Of a DNA stretch of 64,000 nucleotides, positions 54,048 through 64,000 are shown in pieces. Source of the DNA: an uncultured Acidobacteriota bacterium (GTDB lineage Bacteria > Acidobacteriota > UBA6911). Position 1 is the first letter of the stretch. Each line of letters begins with the position of its first letter. Made by a program: the position numbers and the translations under genes. The stretch covers positions 64,001 through 128,000 of the forward strand of contig CAWJKZ010000025.1 of assembly GCA_963843575.1 (NCBI GenBank). Reading direction: 5' to 3'. The notes under the pieces were generated by a model. The model saw only the letters and a list, made by a program, of their open reading frames with translations. It was not told where the DNA came from and ran no database searches.

Positions 54048-55037
54048 CTACACTACTTTCTTGAACGATCCCCTGGATTGCTCCAGCTTCTCGAGCAGTT
54101 CGACCGGGAAGTTGATGGAGAGCCGGATCTGCTTCTTGTCCTGGGTCACGCTGATCCCCCGGAGCAGTTCGGAGAATTCCGGGTTGTCTGCACCCGCCAG
54201 CTGTCCAAGGGCCACGAGGCCGTTAGTCACGTCGGCCAGCTTCTTCGCGGACTCCTCGTCGGCGATGTTGGCCACGATCCTGCCGGTGACCTCGGTGGTG
54301 AGGTTCAGCGTTCCGACCACGTTCTGTATTTTGGAGATGCTTCCGCCCAGCGGGTTGGTGGTCGGCGCCTTGGATAGCACGCTCCCGGGGTCGCCGGCAA
54401 ACCAGAACATCTCCTGGGGATTGAGTTCCTTCAGCAGCGGCCAGAGCGTCGCGTTGCTCTCCAGCCCAAGTTCGGGCTTCTCACGCACGTCGAGCACCGC
54501 CTTGAGCGACTCCAGGTCTCCCAGGGCGATCTCCCCGTCACGAAGGAAGGCAATCCCCTTTTCCACTTTGTTGCCGTTCTCCTCGGGAATCATGAGCACG
54601 GTCGCGTCCTTGTAGTCGACCTTGATCGGCGTCCCCTTGCTGTGGATGAAGGTGGTGATCGATGCCGCGTTGAACTGGCCCACCGCGATGATCACCCCTT
54701 TGCCGCTCCCCTGGGACAGGGACTTGCCCCCGGCAACGATGTAGGAGATGTCGCGCCGCGGGTCGACGCCGGTCTTGGCGATGAACTCGCCCAGGTCCTT
54801 CCCCACGTCCTGACCGTGCTTCTCCTCGAACTTGGCGTAAATCGGAGACGCAATGAACTTCTGCACGTTCATGCCGAAGACCGCCTGGCAATCCGCCGGC
54901 AGGTAGGCCACCGCCTCCGGGAGCCCGGGGATGGAGGCCTTCACGGCGAAGCTCGTGTACAGTGCCAGGCCCGCAACGGTCCCGGCGATCAGAAACATCA
55001 CGACGGTCGAGGTTATGACGAATTTTCGATGATTCAT
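54048..55037 (-). CDS. Membrane-anchored hypothetical protein (DUF3352-like)
   Basis: N-terminal TM segment; YLPAD, GVDPRRDI; coding-like composition. Confidence 0.7.
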   Translation of the reverse strand: MNHRKFVITSTVVMFLIAGTVAGLALYTSFAVKASIPGLPEAVAYLPADCQAVFGMNVQKFIASPIYAKFEEKHGQDVGKDLGEFIAKTGVDPRRDISYIVAGGKSLSQGSGKGVIIAVGQFNAASITTFIHSKGTPIKVDYKDATVLMIPEENGNKVEKGIAFLRDGEIALGDLESLKAVLDVREKPELGLESNATLWPLLKELNPQEMFWFAGDPGSVLSKAPTTNPLGGSISKIQNVVGTLNLTTEVTGRIVANIADEESAKKLADVTNGLVALGQLAGADNPEFSELLRGISVTQDKKQIRLSINFPVELLEKLEQSRGSFKKVV

Positions 55038-55215
55038 GGCCTTGCTCCTGACGGCGGTTGCCTTGTCTTGTTTCCAGCAGCCCTTCGACTCTCCAACCTC
55101 TGCTTCTCTTCTGGCTCAGATAACGCAAACCGGCCGCCGAAAGGTTCACGCGATTTCCGTTCCGATGAATGCGGGCGGTCACCACATTGTATATGCGACC
55201 CGGGAGGAAACGAAA

Positions 55216-55363
55216 ATGGCCGGATGCCTTTTGCTGCCGTTTAAGCTCGTCCTGGTCGTGGTCAAGCTTGCCCTGCTGCTTGGCGTTGTTCGTCATGTCG
55301 CTGATAATGCTGCCTTTCCTGGTCCTGTTCGGGATCGTGGTGCTGCTGAAAGCGCTGTTCTGA
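55216..55363 (+). CDS. Small hydrophobic membrane protein (~48 aa, probable frameshift near 55280)
   Basis: SD GGAGG; MAGCLLLPFKLVLVVVKLALL continues in another frame as LALFVMSLIMLPFLVLFGIVVLLKALF. Confidence 0.5.
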
Positions 55364-55487
55364 CGGCGACCGCGCCGTCCGCAGGGATTTGTTAATTATA
55401 ACAGAGCTTGGTTCGGGCACACGTCGGACATTAAGATGGGCGCGCGTAGAGGCCCGGCGGGTGCCCCACGAACCCCGGACCCACCCT

Positions 55488-55698
55488 AAGTACACAGTCT
55501 CATATGTACGCTGACGTATTTTTTTTGGACGCAGAACAACACGGGCAATGAAAGACAAAGCCAAAACAGAACGCAGATTCCGCGGATCCAATCCAACGGA
55601 TTCACGCGGATCGGCGTGTCGCCAGGTCGATCCGTGGGAATCCGCGCGCATCCGCGTCCTGAAAAAATACGTTGTGCGTATTTGTGAACATCAGTACT
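55488..55698 (+). repeat. Repeat family B, complete copy
   Basis: AAGTAC..TACGCTGACGTATTTTTT ... AAAAAATACGTTGTGCGTATTTGTGAACATCAGTACT. Confidence 0.85.
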
Positions 55699-55743
55699 CG
55701 GGACTTCGCGCCGTTGCGTATCGGATTTTACGGGAGGAACCGG

Positions 55744-56754
55744 ATGTCCCAGGAATGGATGCCGCGGATACTCGAGGCGAGGCAGCGCATCGCCGCCCAC
55801 CTGAGCCCGACACCCCTGCATTACTACCCCCTGCTTTCGGATCTGGTCGGCGCGGAGGTATACGTCAAACACGAGAACCATCAGCCGATCGGCGCCTTCA
55901 AGGTGAGGGGAGGCGTCAACCTGATGGCGTGCCTGTCGCCGGAGGAGAGAGCGCGCGGCGTCATCACCGCCTCGACGGGAAACCACGGCCAATCGGTGGC
56001 CTACGCGGCGCGGCTGTTCGGGGTCAGGGCGGTCATCGGGGTCCCGGAGAACAGCAACCCCAGCAAGGTCGCCGCGATGAAGTCGTGGGGGGCGGAAATC
56101 CTGGTGTACGGGAGGGATTTTGACGAAACCCGGGAGAAGGTCGAATCCGTTGCGGCGGAGCGTGGCCTGCGTTACATCCACTCGGCCAACGAGCCCCTGC
56201 TGATCGCAGGGGTGGCGACCATGGCGCTCGAGGCTCTCGAACAGCTGCCCCAGGCGGATGCGATCATCAGTGCCGTGGGCGGGGGCAGCGGTTGCGCCGG
56301 CACGACGCTGGTGACCAGCGCCCTGAAGCCGTCGACCACGGTCATCGCCGTGCAGGCCGCGGGCGCCTCGTCGGCCTATGAATCGTGGCGCCGGAAGGAA
56401 CTCGTCACCACGGGCAGGGCGGACACGTTCGCGGAGGGCATCCAGACCCGGGTCGCCTTCAGCATGACCCAGGAGATACTCTGGGAGTGCCTCGAGCGCT
56501 TTGTCCTTGTGGAGGACCAGGAAATTCGCGAGGCGATGGTTTACTACCTCGAACTGGCCCGCACGCTGGCCGAAGGAGCCGGTGCGGCGCCGCTGGCCGC
56601 GGCCCTGAAATGCCGCGAGGAGTTGCGCGGCAAGAAGGTGGTGCTCTACCTGAGCGGCGGCAACGTGTCGCGCGCCAACCTGGCACGCATCCTGACGCAA
56701 TCCGACCGGGAGGGTCTCGTCCTGCCGGTCGGGAATTCGCCCCGGCAGGGTTAA
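55744..56754 (+). CDS. Threonine/serine dehydratase-like PLP enzyme (no ACT domain)
   Basis: KHENHQPIGAFKVRG, ASTGNHGQ, VGGGSG, LSGGN. Confidence 0.88.
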   Translation: MSQEWMPRILEARQRIAAHLSPTPLHYYPLLSDLVGAEVYVKHENHQPIGAFKVRGGVNLMACLSPEERARGVITASTGNHGQSVAYAARLFGVRAVIGVPENSNPSKVAAMKSWGAEILVYGRDFDETREKVESVAAERGLRYIHSANEPLLIAGVATMALEALEQLPQADAIISAVGGGSGCAGTTLVTSALKPSTTVIAVQAAGASSAYESWRRKELVTTGRADTFAEGIQTRVAFSMTQEILWECLERFVLVEDQEIREAMVYYLELARTLAEGAGAAPLAAALKCREELRGKKVVLYLSGGNVSRANLARILTQSDREGLVLPVGNSPRQG

Positions 56755-56773
56755 ACTTGCTACACTTAAGCCG

Positions 56774-57775
56774 ATGCGCAAGAGGCTGGCTCTGATCGCC
56801 GTGTTGGTCCCGTCGCTCGTGGTTTTGCGTGCGCAATCGCAGGCGCCGCAGGAGGTGCCCAACTTTTCGGTCGCCGTCAATCTCATCAAGGTGCCGGTCA
56901 CCGTGTTCGACCGGCAAGGGGGGATCGTTTCGGACCTGCGGCGTGATGACTTCCGGCTGTACGAAGACGGGGTGCTCCAGGACATCCGGAGTTTCGGAGT
57001 GGATCGGAACTCCGTCTCCGTCGTCCTCCTCATCGACACCAGCGCGACGGTCGAGAAGGAGCTGAAGAACATCAAGGCCGCCGCCAGCGGCTTCACCTCG
57101 GCGCTTACGGACGACGACCGTGTCGCGATCATCACCTTCGGCGACGAGGCCAAGCTCATACAGGACTGGACCGACGACGAGAAGCTGGTGCGCAAGACGC
57201 TGCGCAAGCTCGAACCGGGCCTCCGCACCGCGCTCTACGACGGCATGTACATGGCGGCACACGATCAGCTGCGGGGGGTCGAGGGGCGCAAGGCGATCAT
57301 CCTCCTGACGGACTGCCTCAACAACCAGAGCACGATCACGTTCCCCGACGCTGCGCTCACCGTCATCCAGTCGCAGGCATCGCTCTACGTGGTTTCCAAG
57401 ACCATCATGGTACGGCGTGACGCCTACAGGCAGCGACGGGTGGTCATGCTGTCGGACATCTACAGGCGGCTGTTTGGGAACGAAGACTACATACAGGAGT
57501 TTTTTAAGAAACGGGAGGAGGAAATGACCTCCCTCGCCGAGAGGACGGGCGGACGCATCTTCTTCCCCTCGAACTACGACCAGATCCCGGCGAATTACGC
57601 CGACGTCGCGCGCGAACTCAAGAACCAGCACTTCCTCACCTATGTCTCGAGCCTGAGGAAACCCGCCAACACTTATCACGAGATCACGTTGGAATACCTT
57701 GGAGAGGCCAGCAGGGTGAACTACCGGCGCGGTTACTACTTTGAACCCCATGTCGTTCACAAGCGCCGCTATTAA
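56774..57775 (+). CDS. VWA domain protein (Acidobacteria VWFA-related type)
   Basis: Signal peptide; VPVTVFDR, DF.LYEDG, DTSAT, TALYD, LLTD, TGGR. Confidence 0.85.
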   Translation: MRKRLALIAVLVPSLVVLRAQSQAPQEVPNFSVAVNLIKVPVTVFDRQGGIVSDLRRDDFRLYEDGVLQDIRSFGVDRNSVSVVLLIDTSATVEKELKNIKAAASGFTSALTDDDRVAIITFGDEAKLIQDWTDDEKLVRKTLRKLEPGLRTALYDGMYMAAHDQLRGVEGRKAIILLTDCLNNQSTITFPDAALTVIQSQASLYVVSKTIMVRRDAYRQRRVVMLSDIYRRLFGNEDYIQEFFKKREEEMTSLAERTGGRIFFPSNYDQIPANYADVARELKNQHFLTYVSSLRKPANTYHEITLEYLGEASRVNYRRGYYFEPHVVHKRRY

Positions 57776-57891
57776 CGCGCGTCTTGCACAACCGCACGTT
57801 CTGTGGAACTATTTTGAGGATTTCCGCTCAGGTGTATCTGCCTAGGATCCTGGGTAGTTTCAAGACAAACGTAACGTAGCTGGAGGTAACC

Positions 57892-58539
57892 ATGGCTAGA
57901 TCCCGCCATTCCGAGACCAAGCCCGAGAAGGGCTTATCCCGCCGCGCCTTCCTCTCGAGGAGCGCCGGGCTGGCGGTCGCCACCCCCGTGGTCACAGGGA
58001 TGGGGTTGGCCGCACCTGCCGGCCCTGCGGCGGACGTCAAGATCCTCGGTCCAGGAAAGGTCCCCGTAGCGCTTCGCATCAACGGCAAACCGCACACCCT
58101 CAGCATCGAACCGAGGGTGACGCTGCTCGAAGCGCTCCACGACCAACTCGACTATACCGGCGCCAAGAAAGTGTGCGACCGGGGGACGTGCGGGGCCTGC
58201 ACAGTTCTGCTGGGCGGCAAACCCGTATACGCCTGCAGCGTGCTCGCACTCGAGGCCCAGGGGAAGGAAGTTGTCACGGTCGAGGGCCTGGCGACCGAGG
58301 GCAAGCCGCACCCGGTCCAGGCCGCATTCGTCGAACACGACGCCCAGCAGTGCGGATTCTGCACCCCGGGCTTTGTCGTGGCCGCCAAGGCGTTTCTCGA
58401 CAGGAACCCGAACCCGACAACGGAGCAGATAAATAAAGGGCTGGGCGGCAATCTCTGCCGTTGCGGAACCTATTCGGGGATCCGTCAGGCTGTTCTCGCA
58501 GCCTCCAAGGCGGCCAAAGGAGGGACGACCAATGCCTGA
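57892..58539 (+). CDS. Molybdo-oxidoreductase 2x[2Fe-2S] subunit with Tat signal (PaoA-like)
   Basis: SRRAFL; CDRGTCGAC..C; QCGFC; CRC. Confidence 0.9.
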   Translation: MARSRHSETKPEKGLSRRAFLSRSAGLAVATPVVTGMGLAAPAGPAADVKILGPGKVPVALRINGKPHTLSIEPRVTLLEALHDQLDYTGAKKVCDRGTCGACTVLLGGKPVYACSVLALEAQGKEVVTVEGLATEGKPHPVQAAFVEHDAQQCGFCTPGFVVAAKAFLDRNPNPTTEQINKGLGGNLCRCGTYSGIRQAVLAASKAAKGGTTNA

Positions 58540-60665
58540 TTACAGGTGGCCAGAAGCTTCGAAGCGGGCCCTCATGGGCAAGCGGATTTCCCGGCTTGAC
58601 GGCCCGGACAAGGTTTCGGGAAAAGCCAAGTACACGTACGACGTCAAGAGGCCCGGCATGCTGTACGGCGTCATCGTGCGTTCTCCGCACGCGCACGCAA
58701 AGATCGTGTCCATCGACACGAGCGCCGCGGAAAAACTGCCCGGCGTGAAAGCAGTGTACGTGATCAATGGCCCCGGCACCGAGGTGCAATGGGCGGGATT
58801 CGAGGTCGTGGCCCTCGCCGCCGAAAGCGAGCAGCTTGCCGAAGACGCCGCCCGCGCCGTGCGGGTTCAGTACGAGGTGTTGCCGCACGTCGTGCAGGAA
58901 GAGAACCTCGCCGCGGCGGGGGACCGGGTCAAGCAACCCGAGGAAAAATCACTGGGTGATCCCGACAAGGGATTCCAGGACGCGGAGGTTGTCGTCGAGG
59001 GTACCTACGGGATGCCGGTCATCACGCATTGCACCCTGGAGCCGCACGGGTCGGTCAACGAGTGGGAAGGGGATAAGCTGAACGTCTTCATCTCCACCCA
59101 GGCGCTCTCGAGCATCGCCTCGGAGATGGCCGAGCCGCTCAACGTGCCTGCCGCCAACATCCATGTCCACCAGGACCACATCGGCGGCGGTTTCGGCAGC
59201 AAGTTCGGCCCCGACGTGTGGGACATCGCCGGTGCGCGGCTCGCAAAGAGCGCCGGCAGGCCCGTCAAATTGATGAATGACCGGGAATCGGAGCTGATGG
59301 TTGCCGGGTCGCGGCCCTCGACGTTTGCCAGCGTCAAGGTGGGGGCAAAGAAAGACGGCACCCTGACGGCCTGGGAATCGAAGTCCTGGGGGACGGGCGG
59401 CATGACCGGCGGGGGGGCTCCCCCGATCCCGTACGTGTGGCGCATCCCGCACAAGATGAGCCACACAAGCGTGGAAACCAACATCGGCTCGTCGCGCGCC
59501 TGGCGCGCCCCGAACCACCCCCAGGCGTGCTTCGTGACGATGTGCGCCCTGGAGGACCTCGCGGCCCAGCTGCAGATGGACCCGATGGATCTGCTGCTGA
59601 AGAACATCGAACTGGCCGCACCGCGGGCGGCGCTATACAAAGAGGAGCTCATCAAGGCTGCCGAGCTCAGCGAGTGGAAAAAGCGCTGGCACCCGCGAGG
59701 GGACAAGACTGCGGGAACGGTCAAACGGGGCATGGGGCTTTCACTGCACACCTGGGGCGGCCTCGGCCACGAGAGCGAGTGTCGCCTGACCATAAACCCT
59801 GACGGGTCTGTCGCCGCCGAGCTCGGCTCCCAGGATCTCGGGACCGGGACCCGCACCGTGATCGGCATCGTCGCCGCGGAGACGCTCGGCCTCCCGTTGT
59901 CGGCCGTGCAGGTCAGGATCGGCGACACACGCTATCCGCCCTCCGGATCATCGGGCGGGAGCACCACGGTCGGCGGGGTCAGCGCCTCCACCCGCCGGGC
60001 GGCCGTCGACGCGCGGGACGCCGTCTTCAAACAGGTGTCCGCCAGCCTGAACGCCGACCCGGCCAACCTGGAAGCCGTCGGCGGAAAAATCCAGGTCAAA
60101 GGCGACCCGAGCAAGAGCATCAGCTGGAAACAGGCCTGCGCCAAGATCGGGGTCAACCCGATCTCGGTGATCGGCAAACGTCTGGAAGGCAAAGACGAGC
60201 TGATCAGCCAGGGCGTCGGCGGCGTGCAGGTCGCCGAAGTCAGCGTCGACACGGAAACGGGCATCGTCAAGGTGGAGAAGATGGTGGCCGTCCAGGACGT
60301 CGGCCTGATCGTCAGCATGAAGACCGCCGAGAGCCAGGTGCGCGGCGCCCTCATCATGGGGATCAGTTACTCGCTCTTCGAAGAAAAGATCATGGATCGC
60401 ACGACCGGCAGAATGCTCAATCCAAACATGGAGTTTTATCGGCTTGCCGGGCTTGGGAGACATCGGCAACCTCGTGGTCCACATGATGACCGGCAAGGCT
60501 CAGGACGACCGCGGCGTCATCGGGCTCGGGGAACCGCCCGTGGTGTCCCCGGGAGCCGCCATTTCCAACGCGGTCGCAAATGCGATCGGGATTCGCGTCG
60601 GCAACCTGCCGCTCACCCCTGATCGCGTCCTGGCGGCTCTGGAAAAGAAAGGAGGGCTCGGCTAA
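58532..60665 (+). CDS. Xanthine-dehydrogenase-family molybdopterin subunit (frameshift near 60457)
   Basis: GGGFGSK, WRAPNHP, QDLGTG, SGGSTT; catalytic GLGEPP in the shifted frame. Confidence 0.9.
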
Positions 60666-61652
60666 TGCGCTCATTTGAATATGCAAGCCCCACGACCAAG
60701 GAACAGGCGGTCGACCTGCTCGGGTCCCAGTGGGGAGAACGGGAAGTGCTTGCCGGGGGAACGGATCTGCTGGCCCTCATGAAGGACTCCGTCGTCACGC
60801 CGAAGCGGCTCGTGAACATCAAGGAGATCGGCGAACTGCGGGGATTGAGATACTCGGGCACCGAGGGGTTGCGACTCGGGGCGCTCGTGACGCTCCAGGA
60901 ACTCGTCGACAACGGCACGGTCAAAAAACAGTACCCGGCCCTCCTGCACGCGGCCGAAGGCGTCGCCAGCGCCCAGGTGCGCAACATGGGCACCGTCGGC
61001 GGCGATCTCTGCCAGCGGCCCCGCTGCTGGTATTTCCGGGGCGGCGCGGGCCTCCTGGCTCAGGACCCCTCCGGCAAGTCGCTGGTGGTCGCCGGGGAGA
61101 ATCGCTATCACGCCATCCTCGGCAATTCCGGTCCGGCATATTTCGTCAACCCGTCGAGCCTGGCCCCGGCGCTGATCGCACTGGGTGCAAGGGTCCGGCT
61201 CTTCGGTCCCAAGGGTTCACGCGACGTCGCCGTCGAGAAATTCTTCCTGACGCCGCAATCCGAATCCGACCGCGAATACGTTCTGGCACCGAACGAGATC
61301 GTCACCGAAGTGCTGGTCCCGCCCGCGGCCGGAGGGAACGCCGCCTACGAGGTCCGACAGGGCGAGTCCCTCGATTGGCCGCTCGCCGCCGCGGCGGTCA
61401 GCCTCAAGTTCTCCGGAAAGACCGTCAGCGCGGCCCGCATCGTCCTCGGGCACGTCGCGCCGGTGCCCTGGCCCGCGCCGGCGGCCGAGACAGGTGCTGG
61501 CCGGCAAGTCCGTGACGGCCAAGCTCGCCGATGAAGCGGGCATCGCGGCGGTCAAGGAGGCAAGGCCGCTGAGCCAGAACGGGTACAAAATCCAGTTGGC
61601 CCGCGTCGCCGTCAAACGCGCGATATTGCGTGCCGCCGAAGGGAGGGCGTGA
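60665..61652 (+). CDS. Xanthine-dehydrogenase-family FAD subunit (frameshift near 61489)
   Basis: AGGTDL, QVRNMGTVGG, QRPRCWYFR, GHVAPVPW; PLSQNGYKI in the shifted frame. Confidence 0.88.
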
Positions 61653-61653
61653 C

Positions 61654-61872
61654 ATGATGGACAAGCCGTACAGTAACCTGCCACACGAGCCGTGCCGGCG
61701 CCTGCGCTGGAAGGCGATGTTCATCCAGTCGGAAAACGACCCGACGGTGCCTGCGTGCAACGACCAGATCTACTGGTGTGCCCTGACCCAGATCTGCCTG
61801 GGCCCGGACGGCCGCGTGGCTGCACCGTCCGGCTGCGGCCCCGGACGCACTTGCTACGATGAACTGACCTAG
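61654..61872 (+). CDS. 72-aa Cys-rich protein
   Basis: ATG 1 nt after the FAD-subunit stop, SD GGGAGG; six Cys (C..LRWK, YWC..TQ.C.GPD, C.PGR.CY). Confidence 0.7.
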   Translation: MMDKPYSNLPHEPCRRLRWKAMFIQSENDPTVPACNDQIYWCALTQICLGPDGRVAAPSGCGPGRTCYDELT

Positions 61873-61938
61873 ATCACGGAAGCGGGGCGCCAGACCACAC
61901 CGGCGCCCCGCCTCCGCCCTCATCCGACGGGAGCGGAA

Positions 61939-62604
61939 ATGTCCTGCAGAATTCGAGTTTTCCTGGTTGCCCTGGCAGTCCTGCCAATCGCCCTCGCCAG
62001 GGCGACACCCCAGAGTTACAAGGCGGAATCCATCGGCGAGTGTGCCGTCGCGGGTCTGGACCCGGCCGTCAAGGCCGCCCTGCAGCCCGAAGGAGTGAGG
62101 ATCGCCGGACCGGACGGCGCGTTCTGCGAATTGTGGCTGGGCAAATCGTTGCCGCAGCGGTCCGCCGGAGGCGAATACACGACCCTCGCCAATGGCACCT
62201 TCGCGGGGGTCATCACCTACTCCCAGGATGGCGGTGATTATCGGGGACAGGTGATCAAACCCGGCAGCTACGTCATGCGCTACCAGGCGCTGCCCCAGGA
62301 TGGGAACCACATGGGAGTAGCTCCGACCCGGCACTTCTTCCTCCTCTCTCCGGTCTCCGAGGATAAGGATCCGGCGGGCTTGCCCGACTACAAGACCCTG
62401 ATCGCCCTGAGCCGTAAGGCCTCGGGCACGAATCACCCCGTCACCCTTTATCTCACCAAGCCCTCTGCTGAGCAAAAACCGGCCTTCCGCTCCCTCGACG
62501 AGGGGCATTGGGCGGTGGAAGCCAGGACGAAGGCAGCACCGGCCGGCGGCCCGGAGACGGACTTTGCCGTGGCGATCGTCCTGATCGGAAAGTCCGAGGC
62601 CTGA
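61939..62604 (+). CDS. Secreted hypothetical protein
   Basis: Signal peptide; DYRGQVIKPGSY, QDGNHMGVAP, GTNHP motifs. Confidence 0.75.
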   Translation: MSCRIRVFLVALAVLPIALARATPQSYKAESIGECAVAGLDPAVKAALQPEGVRIAGPDGAFCELWLGKSLPQRSAGGEYTTLANGTFAGVITYSQDGGDYRGQVIKPGSYVMRYQALPQDGNHMGVAPTRHFFLLSPVSEDKDPAGLPDYKTLIALSRKASGTNHPVTLYLTKPSAEQKPAFRSLDEGHWAVEARTKAAPAGGPETDFAVAIVLIGKSEA

Positions 62605-62752
62605 CGCGTACCGTAAGCCCACCCGGTCAGATCCTTGCCGTTGAAGAGCTCGGTGAAGCCCGGTTCGGCACCGGATACCTCGGACACCTCACCGACGCAG
62701 ACGAGCGCCAGCACAAGCCCAGCTGTGCAGCACGCGAGTGATCTCGACAGAT
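62605..62752 (-). pseudogene. 5' remnant of a DUF1080 (3-keto-disaccharide hydrolase) gene
   Basis: Signal-like segment followed by GFTELFNGKDLTGW, then the frame runs into the convergent gene. Confidence 0.5.
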
Positions 62753-62762
62753 TGCCCCCCGG

Positions 62763-62805
62763 AAAATAAAAAGGCCCCTCCCGCGGCCCAGCCGCGAGAG
62801 GGGCC
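62763..62805 (-). terminator. Intrinsic terminator of the cold-shock gene
   Basis: GGCCCCTCTCGCGG-CTGGG-CCGCGGGAGGGGCC followed by TTTTTATTTT. Confidence 0.8.
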
Positions 62806-62822
62806 ATCACAAATATGGCTCG

Positions 62823-63032
62823 TTATTCAGCCTTCGTTACGTTCTCCGCCTGCAAACCCTTGGGGCCGCGGGTGACTGTGAAGGCCACCGATTCTCCTTC
62901 CGCCAAAGTCCGGAACCCACTCATCTGAATGGCGGTGTGGTGGACGAAAACATCCCCGCCCTCGCCTCTCTCGATAAAACCATAACCCTTGGCGTTGTTG
63001 AACCACTTTACTTTCCCAATTTCCTTTTCCAT
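62823..63032 (-). CDS. cspA: Cold-shock protein
   Basis: [35 protein letters not shown]. Confidence 0.93.
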   Translation of the reverse strand: MEKEIGKVKWFNNAKGYGFIERGEGGDVFVHHTAIQMSGFRTLAEGESVAFTVTRGPKGLQAENVTKAE

Positions 63033-63200
63033 GGGAACTTCACTCCTTGCGAATGTTTCCACATCTGATCCAGGGTTCGTCCGTGATCCTCAAATGAAAA
63101 GGCCGCCCTAATTCTGGCGGCCGTCACCCGATGATCCGGCGGTACAGAAATTAACTTGTGGAGCGGCCCCATGCTACTCGCAATTATCCGCGAATGTCAA
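63033..63200 (-). promoter_or_regulatory. csp promoter and ~130-nt structured 5' UTR
   Basis: TTGACA (63200-63195)-18 nt-TAGCAT; UTR hairpin GGCCGCC-AGAATTAG-GGCGGCC-TTTT. Confidence 0.55.
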
Positions 63201-63267
63201 TGAAAATATGAGGTTTCCGAGGTTCCGGAAGCTCATTTCCTACCGGGGGTGAGGCCGGCTTCCGGAC

Positions 63268-64000
63268 TCAGTTGATGCGGGAGCGTTGAGCTTCGAAGAA
63301 CGGCATGAAGTTGCGCGTAAAGGCACCCCAGTACCGGCGGAACATGCGCGGGCTCTTCATTTTCAGGAGGATTTTGACGAATCGTAAGCGCGTGAGGAAA
63401 AACAGGAAATAGGCTTTGCGCTGCATGCGGCGGAGTTTGCGCTGATCCCACTCCTCGGACTTGACCTTGACGACCCCTTCCCACTCGTCGTGCAGGTCGT
63501 TCCCCTCGTAGGCCCCGGTGGCGCGCACGAGGTCGTTCAACTCCGTCCCGGCATAGGGGGTCGCGATGGAAAACAGCGCCTCGTCGAAGTGGGAATTGCA
63601 CGCGAAGCGGATCGTCTGATCGATTTCCCTGATGGTCTCGCCGGGGAAGCCCAGCATGAAGAAGCCGAGCGTCTCGATCCGATACTTGCGCGCCCAGCCG
63701 AGCACCTCGTTGAACCGGTCCAGCTTGAGATTCTTCTTGATCAGCTTCTGGATGCGGTCGTTGGCCGACTCTACGGCGATCGCCATGTGATGAGTCCCGG
63801 CCTGGGCCAGTTTGCGCATCAACTCCTCGTCGAAACGCTCGAGCCGAACCCCGTTGCCGAACTGGAACCCGATCTTTATGCCGCTCGCGATCACGAGATC
63901 GCAGATTTCCTTGGCACGGGCCAAGTCCATGTTGAAGATGTCGTCCTCGATCATGAACTCGCGGATGCCGTAGGTGTCGTACAGGAACTTGATCTCCTGC
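63268..64000 (-). CDS. B12-binding radical SAM protein, C-terminal part (5' end outside the window)
   Basis: EDDIF, GVRLE, AVESAN, FFMLGFPGET, ATPYAGTEL. Confidence 0.8.
   Translation of the reverse strand, partial: QEIKFLYDTYGIREFMIEDDIFNMDLARAKEICDLVIASGIKIGFQFGNGVRLERFDEELMRKLAQAGTHHMAIAVESANDRIQKLIKKNLKLDRFNEVLGWARKYRIETLGFFMLGFPGETIREIDQTIRFACNSHFDEALFSIATPYAGTELNDLVRATGAYEGNDLHDEWEGVVKVKSEEWDQRKLRRMQRKAYFLFFLTRLRFVKILLKMKSPRMFRRYWGAFTRNFMPFFEAQRSRIN

Noticed and set aside
57776-57891. Moco riboswitch upstream of the molybdoenzyme operon
   Set aside because: No recognisable conserved motif; the region is short and promoter-like.

Overview
GC-rich bacterial chromosome segment, most likely Acidobacteriota (inferred from an Acidobacteria-type VWA protein, an Oar-like TonB receptor and CRTAC1/TPR-cytochrome genes). 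It is mostly housekeeping and metabolic DNA: a met operon, RNase Z, sugar kinase/mutase genes, ilvN-ilvB, cstA, sdhCAB, mdh, icd, a Tat-exported molybdo-oxidoreductase and a cold-shock gene. It also carries a Ser/Thr-kinase/PP2C/FHA/cAMP signalling set. The main finding is an apparently complete ribosome-mediated transcription attenuator that would sense methionine: a promoter, SD, 20-codon leader peptide with M-R-M-R-M-Y-M, antiterminator and terminator. It lies upstream of an ACT-less aspartokinase-homoserine dehydrogenase and a plant-type cystathionine gamma-synthase. A classical Ile/Leu/Val attenuator upstream of ilvN-ilvB serves as an internal positive control. Several families of short non-autonomous repeats (REPIN/MITE-like) occupy intergenic gaps. 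About 11 apparent single-base insertions and one nonsense codon interrupt conserved genes, probably as assembly errors. No rRNA, tRNA, CRISPR array or transposase was recognised. All assignments come from motif recognition by eye; no database search was run.
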